A stretch of DNA of 64,000 nt from an uncultured Gammaproteobacteria bacterium (lineage in GTDB: Bacteria > Cyanobacteriota > Vampirovibrionia > JBFMGH01), in contig CAZFBA010000017.1 of the NCBI GenBank assembly GCA_964517135.1, forward strand, positions 12,605 to 76,604. Reading direction: 5' to 3'. The notes below the pieces were generated by a model, which was given only the letters and a program-made list of their open reading frames with translations, was not told the DNA's origin and did no database searches. This document shows, piece by piece, positions 38,701 through 48,424 of this stretch. Positions within the stretch are counted from its first letter, which is position 1. Every line of letters begins with the position of its first letter. A program made the position numbers and the translations under genes.

Positions 38701-39270
38701 TTAAAGGTTATTCCAGTTCAGCATATCAGGAGTAATGCGCTGTTTTAAGCTGGTATTATAAGGCAAAACCCCTCTGTATTTAAGGTATTTAAGGAGGTCA
38801 TTAATATCGCCATCCCACATAAATACTTTATCTACCTTTTCAGGAAAAACTGGCACGGTAGTTTTTTTAATAACTTCAACGTTAAATAAATCGTATTTTC
38901 TGCTGCCTGAAGAATAGATTAAGAGAGGTTCTGATAGTTTTCCATCATTATAGATAAACCATATGTATAAGGGTTGCTTTGTTATTTCACCACTTTTAAA
39001 ATAGCCACCCTTACCGGTTTTTTGTGTGTATTGATAAAGATTATCGTGAGTTTCGCTCATGTTCAAGCTGTAATTTATCTGCCAGTTAGACCAGTCATTA
39101 TTATATAACCCCTGCCAGTAGCGGGTTATTTTATACTCATCTCTGTCATAAACCTGTAGAGAGGTAGCAAGAACCATACCACACAGTGCAATAGACAGTA
39201 TAAATATAAAAACCGCACTTAATAAAACAGCAATTTTATTTTTTGTCGTATCATACATCTGCTCAAGCAC
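38701..39270 (-). CDS. Hypothetical exported or membrane-anchored protein
   Basis: N-terminal hydrophobic helix, aromatic-rich soluble domain. Confidence 0.7.
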   Translation of the reverse strand: MLEQMYDTTKNKIAVLLSAVFIFILSIALCGMVLATSLQVYDRDEYKITRYWQGLYNNDWSNWQINYSLNMSETHDNLYQYTQKTGKGGYFKSGEITKQPLYIWFIYNDGKLSEPLLIYSSGSRKYDLFNVEVIKKTTVPVFPEKVDKVFMWDGDINDLLKYLKYRGVLPYNTSLKQRITPDMLNWNNL

Positions 39271-39398
39271 CCTGAAATTTAAATTATCATTAAAATTTTA
39301 ATAATGATTTGATTAAAAAATTGATCAATAGCGTATTTAAGCTATTAAAAATTATTTTAGCTCTTGTGGAGTAGATTTTTTAAAAATTTAATATAATA

Positions 39399-39767
39399 TT
39401 AATCCGGCAGCTGGTCATATTTTTTAGCAGACCCTTTTGCTTTTTCTACCGGATATTTCAGGGCATTCTTTTTAAGTTTTTCCTTAACTATATTATCAAT
39501 ATCAACATTAAGTTGATCAGAAATCATTAGTATATATATAATTACATCAGCCAGTTCTTCTTTGACTCTGTTATAATAGTTAGTTTCAGGAAGTCTGGTT
39601 TCTATTTCGGCATCATTTTTCCATAGAAATAGTTCAAGCAGTTCAGAAGTTTCGATGTTAAGACCAATAGCAAGATCTTTAAGTTTGTGAAATTGTTTCC
39701 AGTCTCTATCGTCTCTAAATATTTTGACCAGACGTAACAGTTCTAATAGATCCGGTGATTTGTTCAT
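39399..39767 (-). CDS. MazG-like nucleotide pyrophosphohydrolase
   Basis: RDWKQFH, ETSELLELFLW, EELADV, KLKKNALKYPVEKAKG. Confidence 0.92.
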   Translation of the reverse strand: MNKSPDLLELLRLVKIFRDDRDWKQFHKLKDLAIGLNIETSELLELFLWKNDAEIETRLPETNYYNRVKEELADVIIYILMISDQLNVDIDNIVKEKLKKNALKYPVEKAKGSAKKYDQLPD

Positions 39768-40043
39768 TGTTAATACCTGCTGTTTCTTTAATTTGATTTC
39801 AGAGTACAAAATACTGGAAATTCAGTCAAAAAAATTTAAATTACTCCTTACAAAAGTTTATAATTAATGACAAAAATTACGATTATACAGGTAATAGAAG
39901 AAAACTTTTTCTAAAAGTGTCAGGTTAGTTGTCAGTTTAAATTTATATATTTTCTTAATATTTGAATTTATAGATAATGTTACAAAATCTAAAATAATAT
40001 AATCATTCTACCCTGAAAACTTGTAGAATTGTAAATGATGTAA

Positions 40044-40072
40044 TTGAAAACTCAAATTTAATCTTGTAAAAT
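40044..40072 (+). promoter_or_regulatory. Sigma70-type promoter of tRNA-Ser
   Basis: TTGAAA-N17-TAAAAT. Confidence 0.6.
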
Positions 40073-40115
40073 AATCTTTGAACGAAGACCGTTTGGTGAA
40101 AAAAGGACTTCTTGC

Positions 40116-40202
40116 GGAGGAGTGCCTGAGTGGTTTAAAGGAGCGGTCTTGAAAACCGTCGTAGTCTTTTGGCTACCGGGGGTTCGAATCCCTCCTCCTC
40201 CG
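40116..40202 (+). tRNA. tRNA-Ser (anticodon UGA), CCA not encoded
   Basis: Acceptor GGAGGAG/CTCCTCC, D-loop TGG, anticodon loop CTTGAAA, long variable arm, GGTTCGAATCC, discriminator G. Confidence 0.97.
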
Positions 40203-40236
40203 TTTTAAGGATATAAGCAACCTCTAAATAAGCTTA

Positions 40237-40258
40237 AAAAGCCCCAGTGGGGGGTTTT
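40237..40258. terminator. Bidirectional terminator between the tRNA and tsaB
   Basis: AAAAGCCCC-AGT-GGGGGGTTTT. Confidence 0.6.
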
Positions 40259-40330
40259 AACATGTATAATTTGTGTTTTTTAACCTCCGACAACAATTTT
40301 AAGTTATTCAGAGATCCCAACAGATTATCA

Positions 40331-41026
40331 TCAAAGGCCAGAATTTACTCTTTTAGGTTTTGAAATAGATGGTGTTTGCAAATATACCGGCTTAAAATGA
40401 TACCAGGCAAACTCTTTTTTAGCATTATTAGCCGTTTTTAATTTTTCTTTAGCCAGAGACGTTAATATTAAACCGAAGTCCTGTTCAAAATCTTCAAAAC
40501 ACAGGGGTGAATGGCTTTCAAGTATTTCAAATAGTGCCTTTTCTGTAATAATTTGAAAATCCTTATCTTGAATGTATTCAAATACATCTTTATTGAGTTT
40601 AAGGGCTGGTGCATGTATTTCTTGATTATCAGGCCCGTATTCTCCTGTATACCATTTAGAACGCCTGGCATCCAGTATGACCAGTTTTGGTTTGTCAGAA
40701 TTACAGGCATTTGCATAGATCTCAAGAGATGAAACACCTACTACAGGTATATCAAGAAACTGCCCCAGGGTTCTTGCTATTACTCCACCTGCACGAATAC
40801 CTGTAAAACTGCCAGGGCCACTATTAATAGCTATGAAGTCAATTTCTGATGGGTTTATATTATTATTTCTAAACTCTTCTACCATAGCAGGTATCAGCAT
40901 GGCACTATTATACTTTCGTGGTGTGCTCAACGCATGTCTTATAGAAAGGGGTTTATTGTCCTTTTCAAGGACAAGATACATCTTTTCTGTTGCTATATCA
41001 AAGCTTACAATTAACATAATGTTCAT
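40331..41026 (-). CDS. tsaB: tRNA threonylcarbamoyladenosine biosynthesis protein TsaB
   Basis: FDIAT, GPGSFTGIRAG, VGVSSLE, LDARR, PVYL. Confidence 0.93.
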   Translation of the reverse strand: MNIMLIVSFDIATEKMYLVLEKDNKPLSIRHALSTPRKYNSAMLIPAMVEEFRNNNINPSEIDFIAINSGPGSFTGIRAGGVIARTLGQFLDIPVVGVSSLEIYANACNSDKPKLVILDARRSKWYTGEYGPDNQEIHAPALKLNKDVFEYIQDKDFQIITEKALFEILESHSPLCFEDFEQDFGLILTSLAKEKLKTANNAKKEFAWYHFKPVYLQTPSISKPKRVNSGL

Positions 41027-41492
41027 CCAGTTTGCTGAGTAGCCTTTGAGGCTTTTTGCCTTCTGCTATTATCTTAATGTGACGTTTATCAGAGAAGTCT
41101 TCTTCATAGGAAAAATGTATTTCCAGGCGATCAACAAGCAGGTTATTTTCTGAAAACTCTGCCCATTCAACAAAAGTTATTGCTGCCGGGTCACTGGAAT
41201 ATTCTTCCAGCTCTGAAAGTATTGACTTTACCCCTTCTTTTTCAAGCCTGTAGAGGTCGAAGTGATACAGAGGAAAATTACCACTCACATACTCATTAAT
41301 AATAACAAAGCTCGGGCTGGTTATTTCTTCTTCAATACCTAATTGAGCACCACAATATTTAACAAAAGTTGTTTTGCCAGTACCTATGCTGCCATATAAA
41401 CAAACTAAAATGCCAGGCTCAAGGATATTTGCAAATATACGTGCTAATGTTTCAGTATCTGCAAGGGTATTAAGCTTCAGTTCAAGTTCCAT
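40998..41492 (-). CDS. tsaE: tRNA threonylcarbamoyladenosine biosynthesis ATPase TsaE
   Basis: LYGSIGTGKTTFVK, ITSPSFVIINEY, HFDLYRL, VEWAE; ATG 41492 has GGAAG upstream (alternative start 41504). Confidence 0.95.
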   Translation of the reverse strand: MELELKLNTLADTETLARIFANILEPGILVCLYGSIGTGKTTFVKYCGAQLGIEEEITSPSFVIINEYVSGNFPLYHFDLYRLEKEGVKSILSELEEYSSDPAAITFVEWAEFSENNLLVDRLEIHFSYEEDFSDKRHIKIIAEGKKPQRLLSKLDEHYVNCKL

Positions 41493-41509
41493 TATAGCTT
41501 CCATTAAAA

Positions 41510-41688
41510 ACGTTCCAGCAACAGACCGCCTCGAAGTGACCCGCAGGTCGCTCCAGGTGGGTGCCCGCCTGAACAGCTTCCGTTTCCTGTAATATGTTCA
41601 CCAGGTATACTTTGCTATTCTAGAGCCAGGGCTCCCTTTTTAAGAAAAGTTGTCCGGATCATATAAAAGCAATCCGTCACTGGAACAT
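41510..41688 (-). ncRNA. ssrS: 6S RNA
   Basis: 179 nt; 20-bp closing stem AUGUUCCAGUGACGGAUUGC / GCGGUCUGUUGCUGGAACGU; GGGAG after an A/U-rich 5' bubble; GGCGGGCACCCACCUG...GCGGGUC 3' motif typical of 6S RNAs. Confidence 0.85.
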
Positions 41689-41692
41689 TTAT

Positions 41693-41703
41693 ATCATAAC
41701 ACA
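41693..41703 (-). promoter_or_regulatory. Extended -10 promoter of the 6S RNA
   Basis: TGTG-T-TATGAT directly upstream of the predicted 5' end. Confidence 0.6.
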
Positions 41704-42121
41704 TGACAAAGGTGAATTTGTAGATGGGTTTTATAAAGATATTATTTAATTGATTTTTCATGCTAAAGTCTTTAATAACAGGGTTTTAAGGGCAAAATAA
41801 AATTTTGTTATTAGCAAAACCCTTGCAAGAAAGTTGAATACGGGGTTGTTATAAAAATATACAATTTTTTTCATCTCTAAAAATCGACCTGTTGGGGGGA
41901 TAGTGTATATTTGTGTACTATTCCGGCTTATATTTAGTACTGGATAAATCATTTTTTAGAATGTAATATATTAGAAGAAAACATTATTACCTTTGAATTT
42001 ACTAGCCAGAAAAATCTATTTAGCCAATAAAATTTTTTGTTATCACAGCGCCCACGCTGATTTTATATATTTAAATAGTCCAGAGTAGTTTGTAGTTTTA
42101 TATGGAGATTTAGGGGACCTT

Positions 42122-42457
42122 ATGATTGACTTAGAAGTGCATAATTTCCTTGGGTCTGAAAGATCCATTCAGGAAGAATTGTCTCCAAGAGACCTTCTGT
42201 TTCTTAAAAATCTTACCAGATATGGCTTAACGCTGATAGAAATCAAATTATCTCCTATTTGCCCGATTAATGGCAAGCAGATTTCTGAAATCGAGCTCCC
42301 TGAAGGGGCTATTCTTATCAATGTAATTCATAATGAAAGAAGTCATTTTCCTGATGAAAATACTGTTCTTGAAAATGGAGATATTGTTTATTTTCTGGCA
42401 TCCAGATATGCTGAAAATGATTTAAGAGAAATATTTACACCTGACGAATATCTATAA
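42122..42457 (+). CDS. Stand-alone TrkA C-terminal (RCK_C) domain protein
   Basis: GKQISEIELPEGAILINVIH...FPDENTVLENGDIVY. Confidence 0.85.
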   Translation: MIDLEVHNFLGSERSIQEELSPRDLLFLKNLTRYGLTLIEIKLSPICPINGKQISEIELPEGAILINVIHNERSHFPDENTVLENGDIVYFLASRYAENDLREIFTPDEYL

Positions 42458-42472
42458 AATCAAATATCTATA

Positions 42473-42510
42473 AAGAAAGGGGCTGCATAAAAAGCAGTCT
42501 CTTTCTTTTG
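42473..42510 (+). terminator. Intrinsic terminator after the RCK_C gene
   Basis: AAGAAAGGGGCTGC/GCAGTCTCTTTCTT stem plus T-run. Confidence 0.6.
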
Positions 42511-42534
42511 TTAAATTAAGACTTATAAAGATCA

Positions 42535-42700
42535 GTGCATAACTTAAAAATTTTTCGATTTTCAAAACCCAAATCCCGCCCACCCTAAAGGAAGGCATGG
42601 GGTCTCACTCACAGGCTACGCCTGCTCGTTCAACCCATATCTTCACTTTAAAAATTTTTGAAAATCGAAAACAAAAAAATTGATTGTTATAGTTATGCAT
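42535..42700. mobile_element. Family A MITE, copy 2 (uninterrupted, 166 bp)
   Basis: TGCATAACT/AGTTATGCA ends; TTTTCGATTTTCAAAA (42552-42567) inverted at 42656-42671; GC-rich core shared with copy 1. Confidence 0.85.
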
Positions 42701-42734
42701 TAGTCTTTATAATATATACTTAAAAGGGATAAAG

Positions 42735-42820
42735 ATTAAACAATTCTAAAATTCTCCAGGGTGTTTTTCGTTGCGCAGCAACTAAAATACCTGCCCTATA
42801 TCTTCTGAAACCTTATTACT
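42735..42820 (+). repeat. Family C motif followed by a diverged family B hairpin
   Basis: ATTAAACAATTCTAAAA, then GGGTGTTTTTCGTTGC-GCA-GCAACTAAAATACCT and a tail resembling family B. Confidence 0.6.
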
Positions 42821-42906
42821 GATGACTTTTATTATAGTAATTGAATTTGTTGGTTTCATTTTTTAAACATAAATAACTGGTTATATAACATTATAGGAGG
42901 CCTAAT

Positions 42907-43176
42907 ATGAGTGAAGTTCAGGTAAAAAAAGTATCTGATGAAGAGTTAAATAAACTGAATATAAATTCCTGGTCAACCTGGGAATGCGGTATATCTTCGT
43001 TTGACTGGCACTATGACGAAGAAGAGGTTTGTTATTTCTTTGAAGGAGAAGTTGTAGTAGAGACCAGAGCCGGTAATTATGAGATAAAAGCAGGTGACCT
43101 TGTTACTTTTTCAAAGGGACTGAGCTGCAAATGGCATGTCAAAAAAACTGTAAGAAAGAAATATAAGTTTAACTGA
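42907..43176 (+). CDS. Cupin domain protein (DUF861/EutQ-like)
   Basis: WSTWECGISSFDWHY, EEVCY, AGDLVTFSKGLSCKW; SD AGGAGG. Confidence 0.9.
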   Translation: MSEVQVKKVSDEELNKLNINSWSTWECGISSFDWHYDEEEVCYFFEGEVVVETRAGNYEIKAGDLVTFSKGLSCKWHVKKTVRKKYKFN

Positions 43177-43248
43177 TAACCTGCGTAAATAATCATTAAC
43201 TTTTTAGCCTCAATCATCTGAAATGGATACAATTTTAATATCTTACCG

Positions 43249-43683
43249 GTGCATCAGGTATTAATGATGAAAGACTTTTTCATTAAGATGATTTTAAAGT
43301 TTATGGGTAAGCACTACTGGCGACGTGGCAGCTGTAACCAGTGTGGTCAGTGCTGCAAAACTATTACATTGAGGTTCCCTGATAAGCTGCTCACAAGAGA
43401 ATCAGAGTTTGAATACTTAAAAGAAAATTATCCCCGGTTTCATCATTTTTACATTTCTGGCCGGGCTGATAATGGCGTGTTGCTGTTTGCCTGTAAATTT
43501 TTAACCGAAGATAACCGGTGCAGTGTCTATAACCTGAGGTCATTCTTTTGCAGGGCTTATCCAAACTTTGATACAAGGTTTATTAAACTGGGTGGCAAGC
43601 CACTGGAAGGATGCGGCTTCTATTATGAACCCATAACCCCTTTTAAAGAACACCTTCAAAGCAATCAAAGATTAACAACTTAA
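43249..43683 (+). CDS. YkgJ family Cys-cluster (putative zinc/iron-chelating) protein
   Basis: CNQCGQCC, CKFL, CSVY..R..FCRAYP. Confidence 0.85.
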   Translation: MHQVLMMKDFFIKMILKFMGKHYWRRGSCNQCGQCCKTITLRFPDKLLTRESEFEYLKENYPRFHHFYISGRADNGVLLFACKFLTEDNRCSVYNLRSFFCRAYPNFDTRFIKLGGKPLEGCGFYYEPITPFKEHLQSNQRLTT

Positions 43684-43686
43684 CTA

Positions 43687-43897
43687 ATGATAATTAGTGT
43701 GATATATAGTTACAGCTACAGGCTCACAGTAAGAAGCTTTTATCATATTCAAACAAACGAAAAAACAATTTCTATTTGACACCGGCGCTTTCTTTATTTA
43801 CATTATAAACACCGGGATACATTTTCTGGATTTAAAATATTTATTCATCAATAATCCCGCACAGAGTGTGATTTTTTTACAGGTAGAAAAATGTTAA
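43687..43897 (+). pseudogene. Decayed N-terminal remnant of an MBL-fold hydrolase gene
   Basis: MIISVIY...SFYHIQTNEKTI, 1-nt frameshift, then LFDTGA...TGIHFLDLKYLFIN; no intact HxHxDH. Confidence 0.5.
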
Positions 43898-44694
43898 CGT
43901 TTGTTGATCAAAAGCCATTACTTATCGGGTGTGTACACGTTTTACCGCTGCCCGGCGCCGCAGGCTATTGTGCTGACATGGATTTAATCATTAAGACTGC
44001 TGTCAATGAAGCCATGATTTACTCAGAAGCAGGGTTTGATGCTGTCATTCTGGAAAACATGCACGATACACCTTATCTTAAAGGTTATGTTTACCCTGAA
44101 ACAGTTGCTGCAATGACTGCTGTTGCTTCAGCCGTAAGAGATAAACTTCCTGTAAAGCCTCTGGGCATACAGATTTTAAGTGCTGCTAACAGAGAAGCTC
44201 TCGGTGTTGCTATTGCTTCAAAACTTGATTTCCTGAGAGTTGAAGGTTATACCTTTGCACACGTTGCCGATGAAGGTATTATTCAATCTTCTGCGGCTGA
44301 ACTGATTCGCCTGAGAGATTATCTAAAAGCTCAGAATATTAAAGTTTTAGCTGATATTAAGAAAAAACATTCTTCTCATGCTATTACAGCAGATGTTTCT
44401 ATAGAAGAAACGGCTGAGGCTGCTGAATTTATGAAAGCAGACGGCATTATTATTACTGGATCATCTACAGGTAAAAAACCTTCACAGGATGATATTAAGC
44501 GTGTACGCCCACATACAAGCTTGCCGGTTCTAGTAGGATCTGGTATAACCCCAGATAACATTGCTGATTACTATTCCATTGTCGATGGCATTATTGCAGG
44601 TTCTTACTGCAAAGAAACCGGTCACTGGAAATTACCTGTATCACCTGAGCGATGTAAAAAATTGGCAGAATGTGTCAAAATACATAAGTATTAG
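43891..44694 (+). CDS. BtpA/SgcQ family TIM-barrel protein
   Basis: IGCVHVLPLPG, LENMHDTPY, LADIKKKHS, ADGIIITGSSTG, VGSGIT. Confidence 0.92.
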   Translation: MLTFVDQKPLLIGCVHVLPLPGAAGYCADMDLIIKTAVNEAMIYSEAGFDAVILENMHDTPYLKGYVYPETVAAMTAVASAVRDKLPVKPLGIQILSAANREALGVAIASKLDFLRVEGYTFAHVADEGIIQSSAAELIRLRDYLKAQNIKVLADIKKKHSSHAITADVSIEETAEAAEFMKADGIIITGSSTGKKPSQDDIKRVRPHTSLPVLVGSGITPDNIADYYSIVDGIIAGSYCKETGHWKLPVSPERCKKLAECVKIHKY

Positions 44695-44743
44695 TTTAAC
44701 TTACGTAAAAATCAACCACTTCCACCTTATAAACTCAACCTGC

Positions 44744-44764
44744 TTAGTGTGAAATATACAATAA
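44744..44764. promoter_or_regulatory. Candidate NrtR operator
   Basis: 21-bp palindrome TTAGT-GT-GAAATAT-AC-AATAA (GT-N7-AC core), 47 nt upstream of pncB; nrtR closes the operon. Confidence 0.75.
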
Positions 44765-44811
44765 TTTATCATTATGGCTAAACGTCAGCCTCAAAGAACA
44801 AGGAGTCGATA

Positions 44812-46170
44812 ATGCCTCTAAACCACAGGACTTCGATGACAGATCTCTATCAACTTACAATGGCAGCAGGCTATTTTGAAAAAGGATTTGATCTTGTATC
44901 GACATTTGAGCTATTTGTGAGAAATCTTCCTGAAAATCGCTCATATCTCGTGTCAGCTGGCGTTAATCAATGCCTTGAATATCTTCAAAATATGTCATTT
45001 AAAGCAGATGAAATTGAATATATCAGAAATCACCCCTCTTTTAAGAATGTATCAGATGAATTTTTTAGTTATCTCAAGCAATTTCGCTTTACCGGGGATG
45101 TTTATGCCATGGAAGAAGGCACTCTGTTTTTTCCTGATGAGCCTGTAATCAGAGTAACTGCCCCTGCAATCCAGGCCCAGCTTGTTGAAACATACCTGCT
45201 TTCTCAATTTAACTTTCAAACACTTATTGCATCAAAGGCTGCACGTATTAAATCAGTTGCCGGAAATTGTGCTGTAATTGAATTTGGTACCCGGCGGGCT
45301 CATTCTCCTGAGGCTGGTTTGCTGGCAGCTAGAGCAGCGTTTGTTGGCGGTTGTGACGGAACATCAAATGTTTTGGCTGGTATAGAATATGGAATACCAA
45401 CTTATGGAACTATGGCTCATTCCTGGGTTATGGCATATGAAACAGAAGATGAAGCATACAGAGCCTATACAGATGTTTTTCCAGAAAGCAATGCTCTTCT
45501 TATTGATACTTATGATACTGTTGAAGCAGCTAAAAAGATTGTAAAATATGATTATAATGTTTCTTCTGTCAGGCTCGATAGCGGTAATATAGAAAAATTA
45601 AGCAAGCAGGTCAGAGAGATTTTTGACCGGTCAGGCAAAAAAGATATTAAAATTATTGTCAGTGGAGACCTGAACGAATATAAGATAAAAGAGCTTCTTG
45701 AAAAATATGCACCGGTTGATATTTTTGGGGTCGGAACAGAGCTTTCTACCTCTAAAGATGCCCCGGCTCTCTCTGGAGTGTATAAACTTGTTCAGCAGGA
45801 AAGAAATAGCAGGGTAGAATATAAAGCTAAATTCTCTGAAAACAAGAAAACTTATCCGGCTAAAAAGCAGGTTTACAGATATAAAGATCAAAATGGATAC
45901 TTTAATCATGATCTGATAGCTAAAGAAGATGAAATCATAAATGGATATACCATGACCCTCCTGAAACCTGCCATTAAAGATGGTATAATTACTGAGAATT
46001 TCGATATGAATATTGATAATGCCAGAAATAGATGTCTGGAATCCATGAAATGCCTGCCAGAACAGTATAAAAACATTAAATACCCTTCTGAATACCCCGT
46101 TGAGATCAGTGAAAACCTTTATAAGATTGCCAGAGAATTAGAAAAAAAATACCTTAAAGTGTTAAACTAA
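44812..46170 (+). CDS. pncB: Nicotinate phosphoribosyltransferase
   Basis: TDLYQLTM, EFGTRRAH, GTMAHSW, LIDTYD, VRLDSG, FGVGT; SD AAGGAG. Confidence 0.96.
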   Translation: MPLNHRTSMTDLYQLTMAAGYFEKGFDLVSTFELFVRNLPENRSYLVSAGVNQCLEYLQNMSFKADEIEYIRNHPSFKNVSDEFFSYLKQFRFTGDVYAMEEGTLFFPDEPVIRVTAPAIQAQLVETYLLSQFNFQTLIASKAARIKSVAGNCAVIEFGTRRAHSPEAGLLAARAAFVGGCDGTSNVLAGIEYGIPTYGTMAHSWVMAYETEDEAYRAYTDVFPESNALLIDTYDTVEAAKKIVKYDYNVSSVRLDSGNIEKLSKQVREIFDRSGKKDIKIIVSGDLNEYKIKELLEKYAPVDIFGVGTELSTSKDAPALSGVYKLVQQERNSRVEYKAKFSENKKTYPAKKQVYRYKDQNGYFNHDLIAKEDEIINGYTMTLLKPAIKDGIITENFDMNIDNARNRCLESMKCLPEQYKNIKYPSEYPVEISENLYKIARELEKKYLKVLN

Positions 46171-46183
46171 CAGGAGACAATTA

Positions 46184-46789
46184 ATGGAAAAATTATTGTT
46201 TTTTGATGTAGATACACAGAACGATTTTATGAATCAGAATGGTGCTCTCTATGTAGAAGGTGCAGAAGAGATAAAGCCAAACCTTAAACAGCTTATAGAT
46301 TGCGCAAAAGGCTGCGGTATTCCTGTTATAGCTTCTATTGATGCTCATTCCAGTGATGATCCTGAGTTCAATGAATACCCGCCTCACTGCATTAAAGGTA
46401 CTCGTGGCCAGCAAAAAATAGAAGAGACAACTATCAAGAGGGCTACGGTGATTCAGGATAACAAGAATGTCCCAATTAACCCTGATTCAAAGTTTTTTGT
46501 TATAGAAAAAACTGTTTTTGATATGTTTTCAAACAAAAATACTGATACAATATTAGAGTCGATAAAACCTGATAAATGTATTGTTTTTGGAGTTGCAACT
46601 GATATCTGTGTAAAAAAAGCTGTAGAGGCTTTGCTGAAAAGAAACTATCAGGTCGTATTGCTTGAAGATGCTGTCAGAGGAATTAATAAGGATAATACAA
46701 ATCGGTTTTTCGCCCGGGCCAGAAATGCTGGCGTGGAAATACTAAGTTCTTACGAGGTTTTAAAAAGTTTAAAATGCTTATCGCACTAG
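46184..46789 (+). CDS. pncA: Nicotinamidase (isochorismatase family)
   Basis: DVDTQNDFM...GAL, DAH, PPHCIKGT, GVATDICV; position in the NAD salvage operon. Confidence 0.9.
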   Translation: MEKLLFFDVDTQNDFMNQNGALYVEGAEEIKPNLKQLIDCAKGCGIPVIASIDAHSSDDPEFNEYPPHCIKGTRGQQKIEETTIKRATVIQDNKNVPINPDSKFFVIEKTVFDMFSNKNTDTILESIKPDKCIVFGVATDICVKKAVEALLKRNYQVVLLEDAVRGINKDNTNRFFARARNAGVEILSSYEVLKSLKCLSH

Positions 46790-48411
46790 CCCAGATCAAC
46801 CCTGTTGTAGGAGATATTGATTACAACCTTAACAGAGTCATTGAGTATACTGAAAAAGCTAAGGCCAGAAATGCCGATTTAGTTATTTTTAGCGAGACAG
46901 TAACAGTAGGGTATCCCGCAAGAGACTTGCTTGATAGGCAGGAGCTCATTGACGATAATTTAAAAGCCGTTGATGAAATGGCAAAACATTCAAATGATAT
47001 TGGTATTCTTTGTGGCTTTGTAGAAAGAAACCCGTTTCCAGGCGAAAAACCCCTCTATAATGCCGCTGCACTGATGCATAAAGGTAAGATTATCCTTAAA
47101 CAACATAAAAGCCTTTTGCCAGACTATGATGTATTTGATGAACGACGATACTATGAACCGGCTCATTGTGTGCATCCTGTTGAGTTTAAAGGCATCAAGC
47201 TGGGTATAACTATTTGCGAAGATATGTGGACCTATTCTCCTGATGTTAGCAAGATTTATAAGTTTGATCCTAACAATGTTTTAACCTTATTAGGGGCTGA
47301 TTTGCTTATTAACCTTTCTGCTTCACCATATTACTATCAGAAACCTTTCCAACGCTTTGAAACAATACAGAATATTGCAAAATATAATAAGAAAAAGTTC
47401 TGTTATGTCAACCAGGTTGGCGGTAATGATGATCTTATATTTGATGGCAAAAGCATTATAGTAGATGAAGAAGGTTCAATTCTTGCAATAGCAAAAAACT
47501 TTGAAGAAGATATAATCTTTTATGACACTGAAACAGGTAAAGGAGATAAACATAATACCTGTGAAGACGAAATTGAATGTATTTACCTTGCCTTGCTGAC
47601 AGGCTTAAAAGATTATGTAAGAAAATGTGGATTTAAAAAAGTTGTGCTGGGTCTTTCAGGCGGAATAGATTCTACCCTGACAGCGGCACTAGCTGCTAAA
47701 GCTCTGGGACCAAGCAATGTTATTGGTATTTCTATGCCGGGTAGATACTCTTCGCAGGGCAGCCTTGATGATGCTAAAGCTCTGGCAGATAATCTTGGAA
47801 TTGAATATCATGTTGTACCTATTGACAGGATTTTTGAAGCCTCTCTTATGACTATACAGCCTGAAAACCCTGAACCCAGAATGGATGTAACTGAAGAAAA
47901 CATTCAGGCAAGAATAAGAGCAAATATTATTATGTCTTTTGCAAATAGGCATAACTGTCTGGCATTAACAACAGGCAACAAGTCAGAAACGGCCGTAGGT
48001 TACTCTACTTTATATGGAGATATGGCCGGCGGGCTCGCTGTTATATCTGATCTTTATAAGTGTCAGGTTTACGAACTTGCAAACTTCATCAATAGAAAAG
48101 AAAATAATGTTATACCTTATAATACTATAATTAAACCACCTTCAGCAGAACTCAGGCCCAATCAGCAAGATAAAGATTCTTTACCTGAGTACAACCTTTT
48201 AGATAAAATCTTAAAAGATTATATTGAAAGTGATCTAACGCTAAATGAACTCTGTGAAAAATATGACAAAAAACTCGTTCTTGAGATATTGAAAAAAGTC
48301 GATTACAGCGAATTTAAACGAAGGCAGGCAGCACCGGGGTTAAAAATTTCTGCAAGAGCCTTCGGAAGCGGGAGGAGATTACCAATCGCCCAGGGATATA
48401 AATGGAGATAG
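46774..48411 (+). CDS. nadE: Glutamine-dependent NAD+ synthetase
   Basis: Nitrilase domain (E, K, ICEDMW) plus GLSGGIDS, ENIQARIR, TGNKSE, PPSAELRPNQQD. Confidence 0.96.
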   Translation: MLIALAQINPVVGDIDYNLNRVIEYTEKAKARNADLVIFSETVTVGYPARDLLDRQELIDDNLKAVDEMAKHSNDIGILCGFVERNPFPGEKPLYNAAALMHKGKIILKQHKSLLPDYDVFDERRYYEPAHCVHPVEFKGIKLGITICEDMWTYSPDVSKIYKFDPNNVLTLLGADLLINLSASPYYYQKPFQRFETIQNIAKYNKKKFCYVNQVGGNDDLIFDGKSIIVDEEGSILAIAKNFEEDIIFYDTETGKGDKHNTCEDEIECIYLALLTGLKDYVRKCGFKKVVLGLSGGIDSTLTAALAAKALGPSNVIGISMPGRYSSQGSLDDAKALADNLGIEYHVVPIDRIFEASLMTIQPENPEPRMDVTEENIQARIRANIIMSFANRHNCLALTTGNKSETAVGYSTLYGDMAGGLAVISDLYKCQVYELANFINRKENNVIPYNTIIKPPSAELRPNQQDKDSLPEYNLLDKILKDYIESDLTLNELCEKYDKKLVLEILKKVDYSEFKRRQAAPGLKISARAFGSGRRLPIAQGYKWR

Positions 48412-48424
48412 GGAACAGAAAATC

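Noticed and set aside
40116-40330. tRNA-Ser as an island integration site
   Set aside because: No duplicated tRNA 3' end and no integrase found in the window
41374-41592. 72-aa plus-strand ORF
   Set aside because: Antisense to tsaE and to the 6S RNA, which explains the local GC richness
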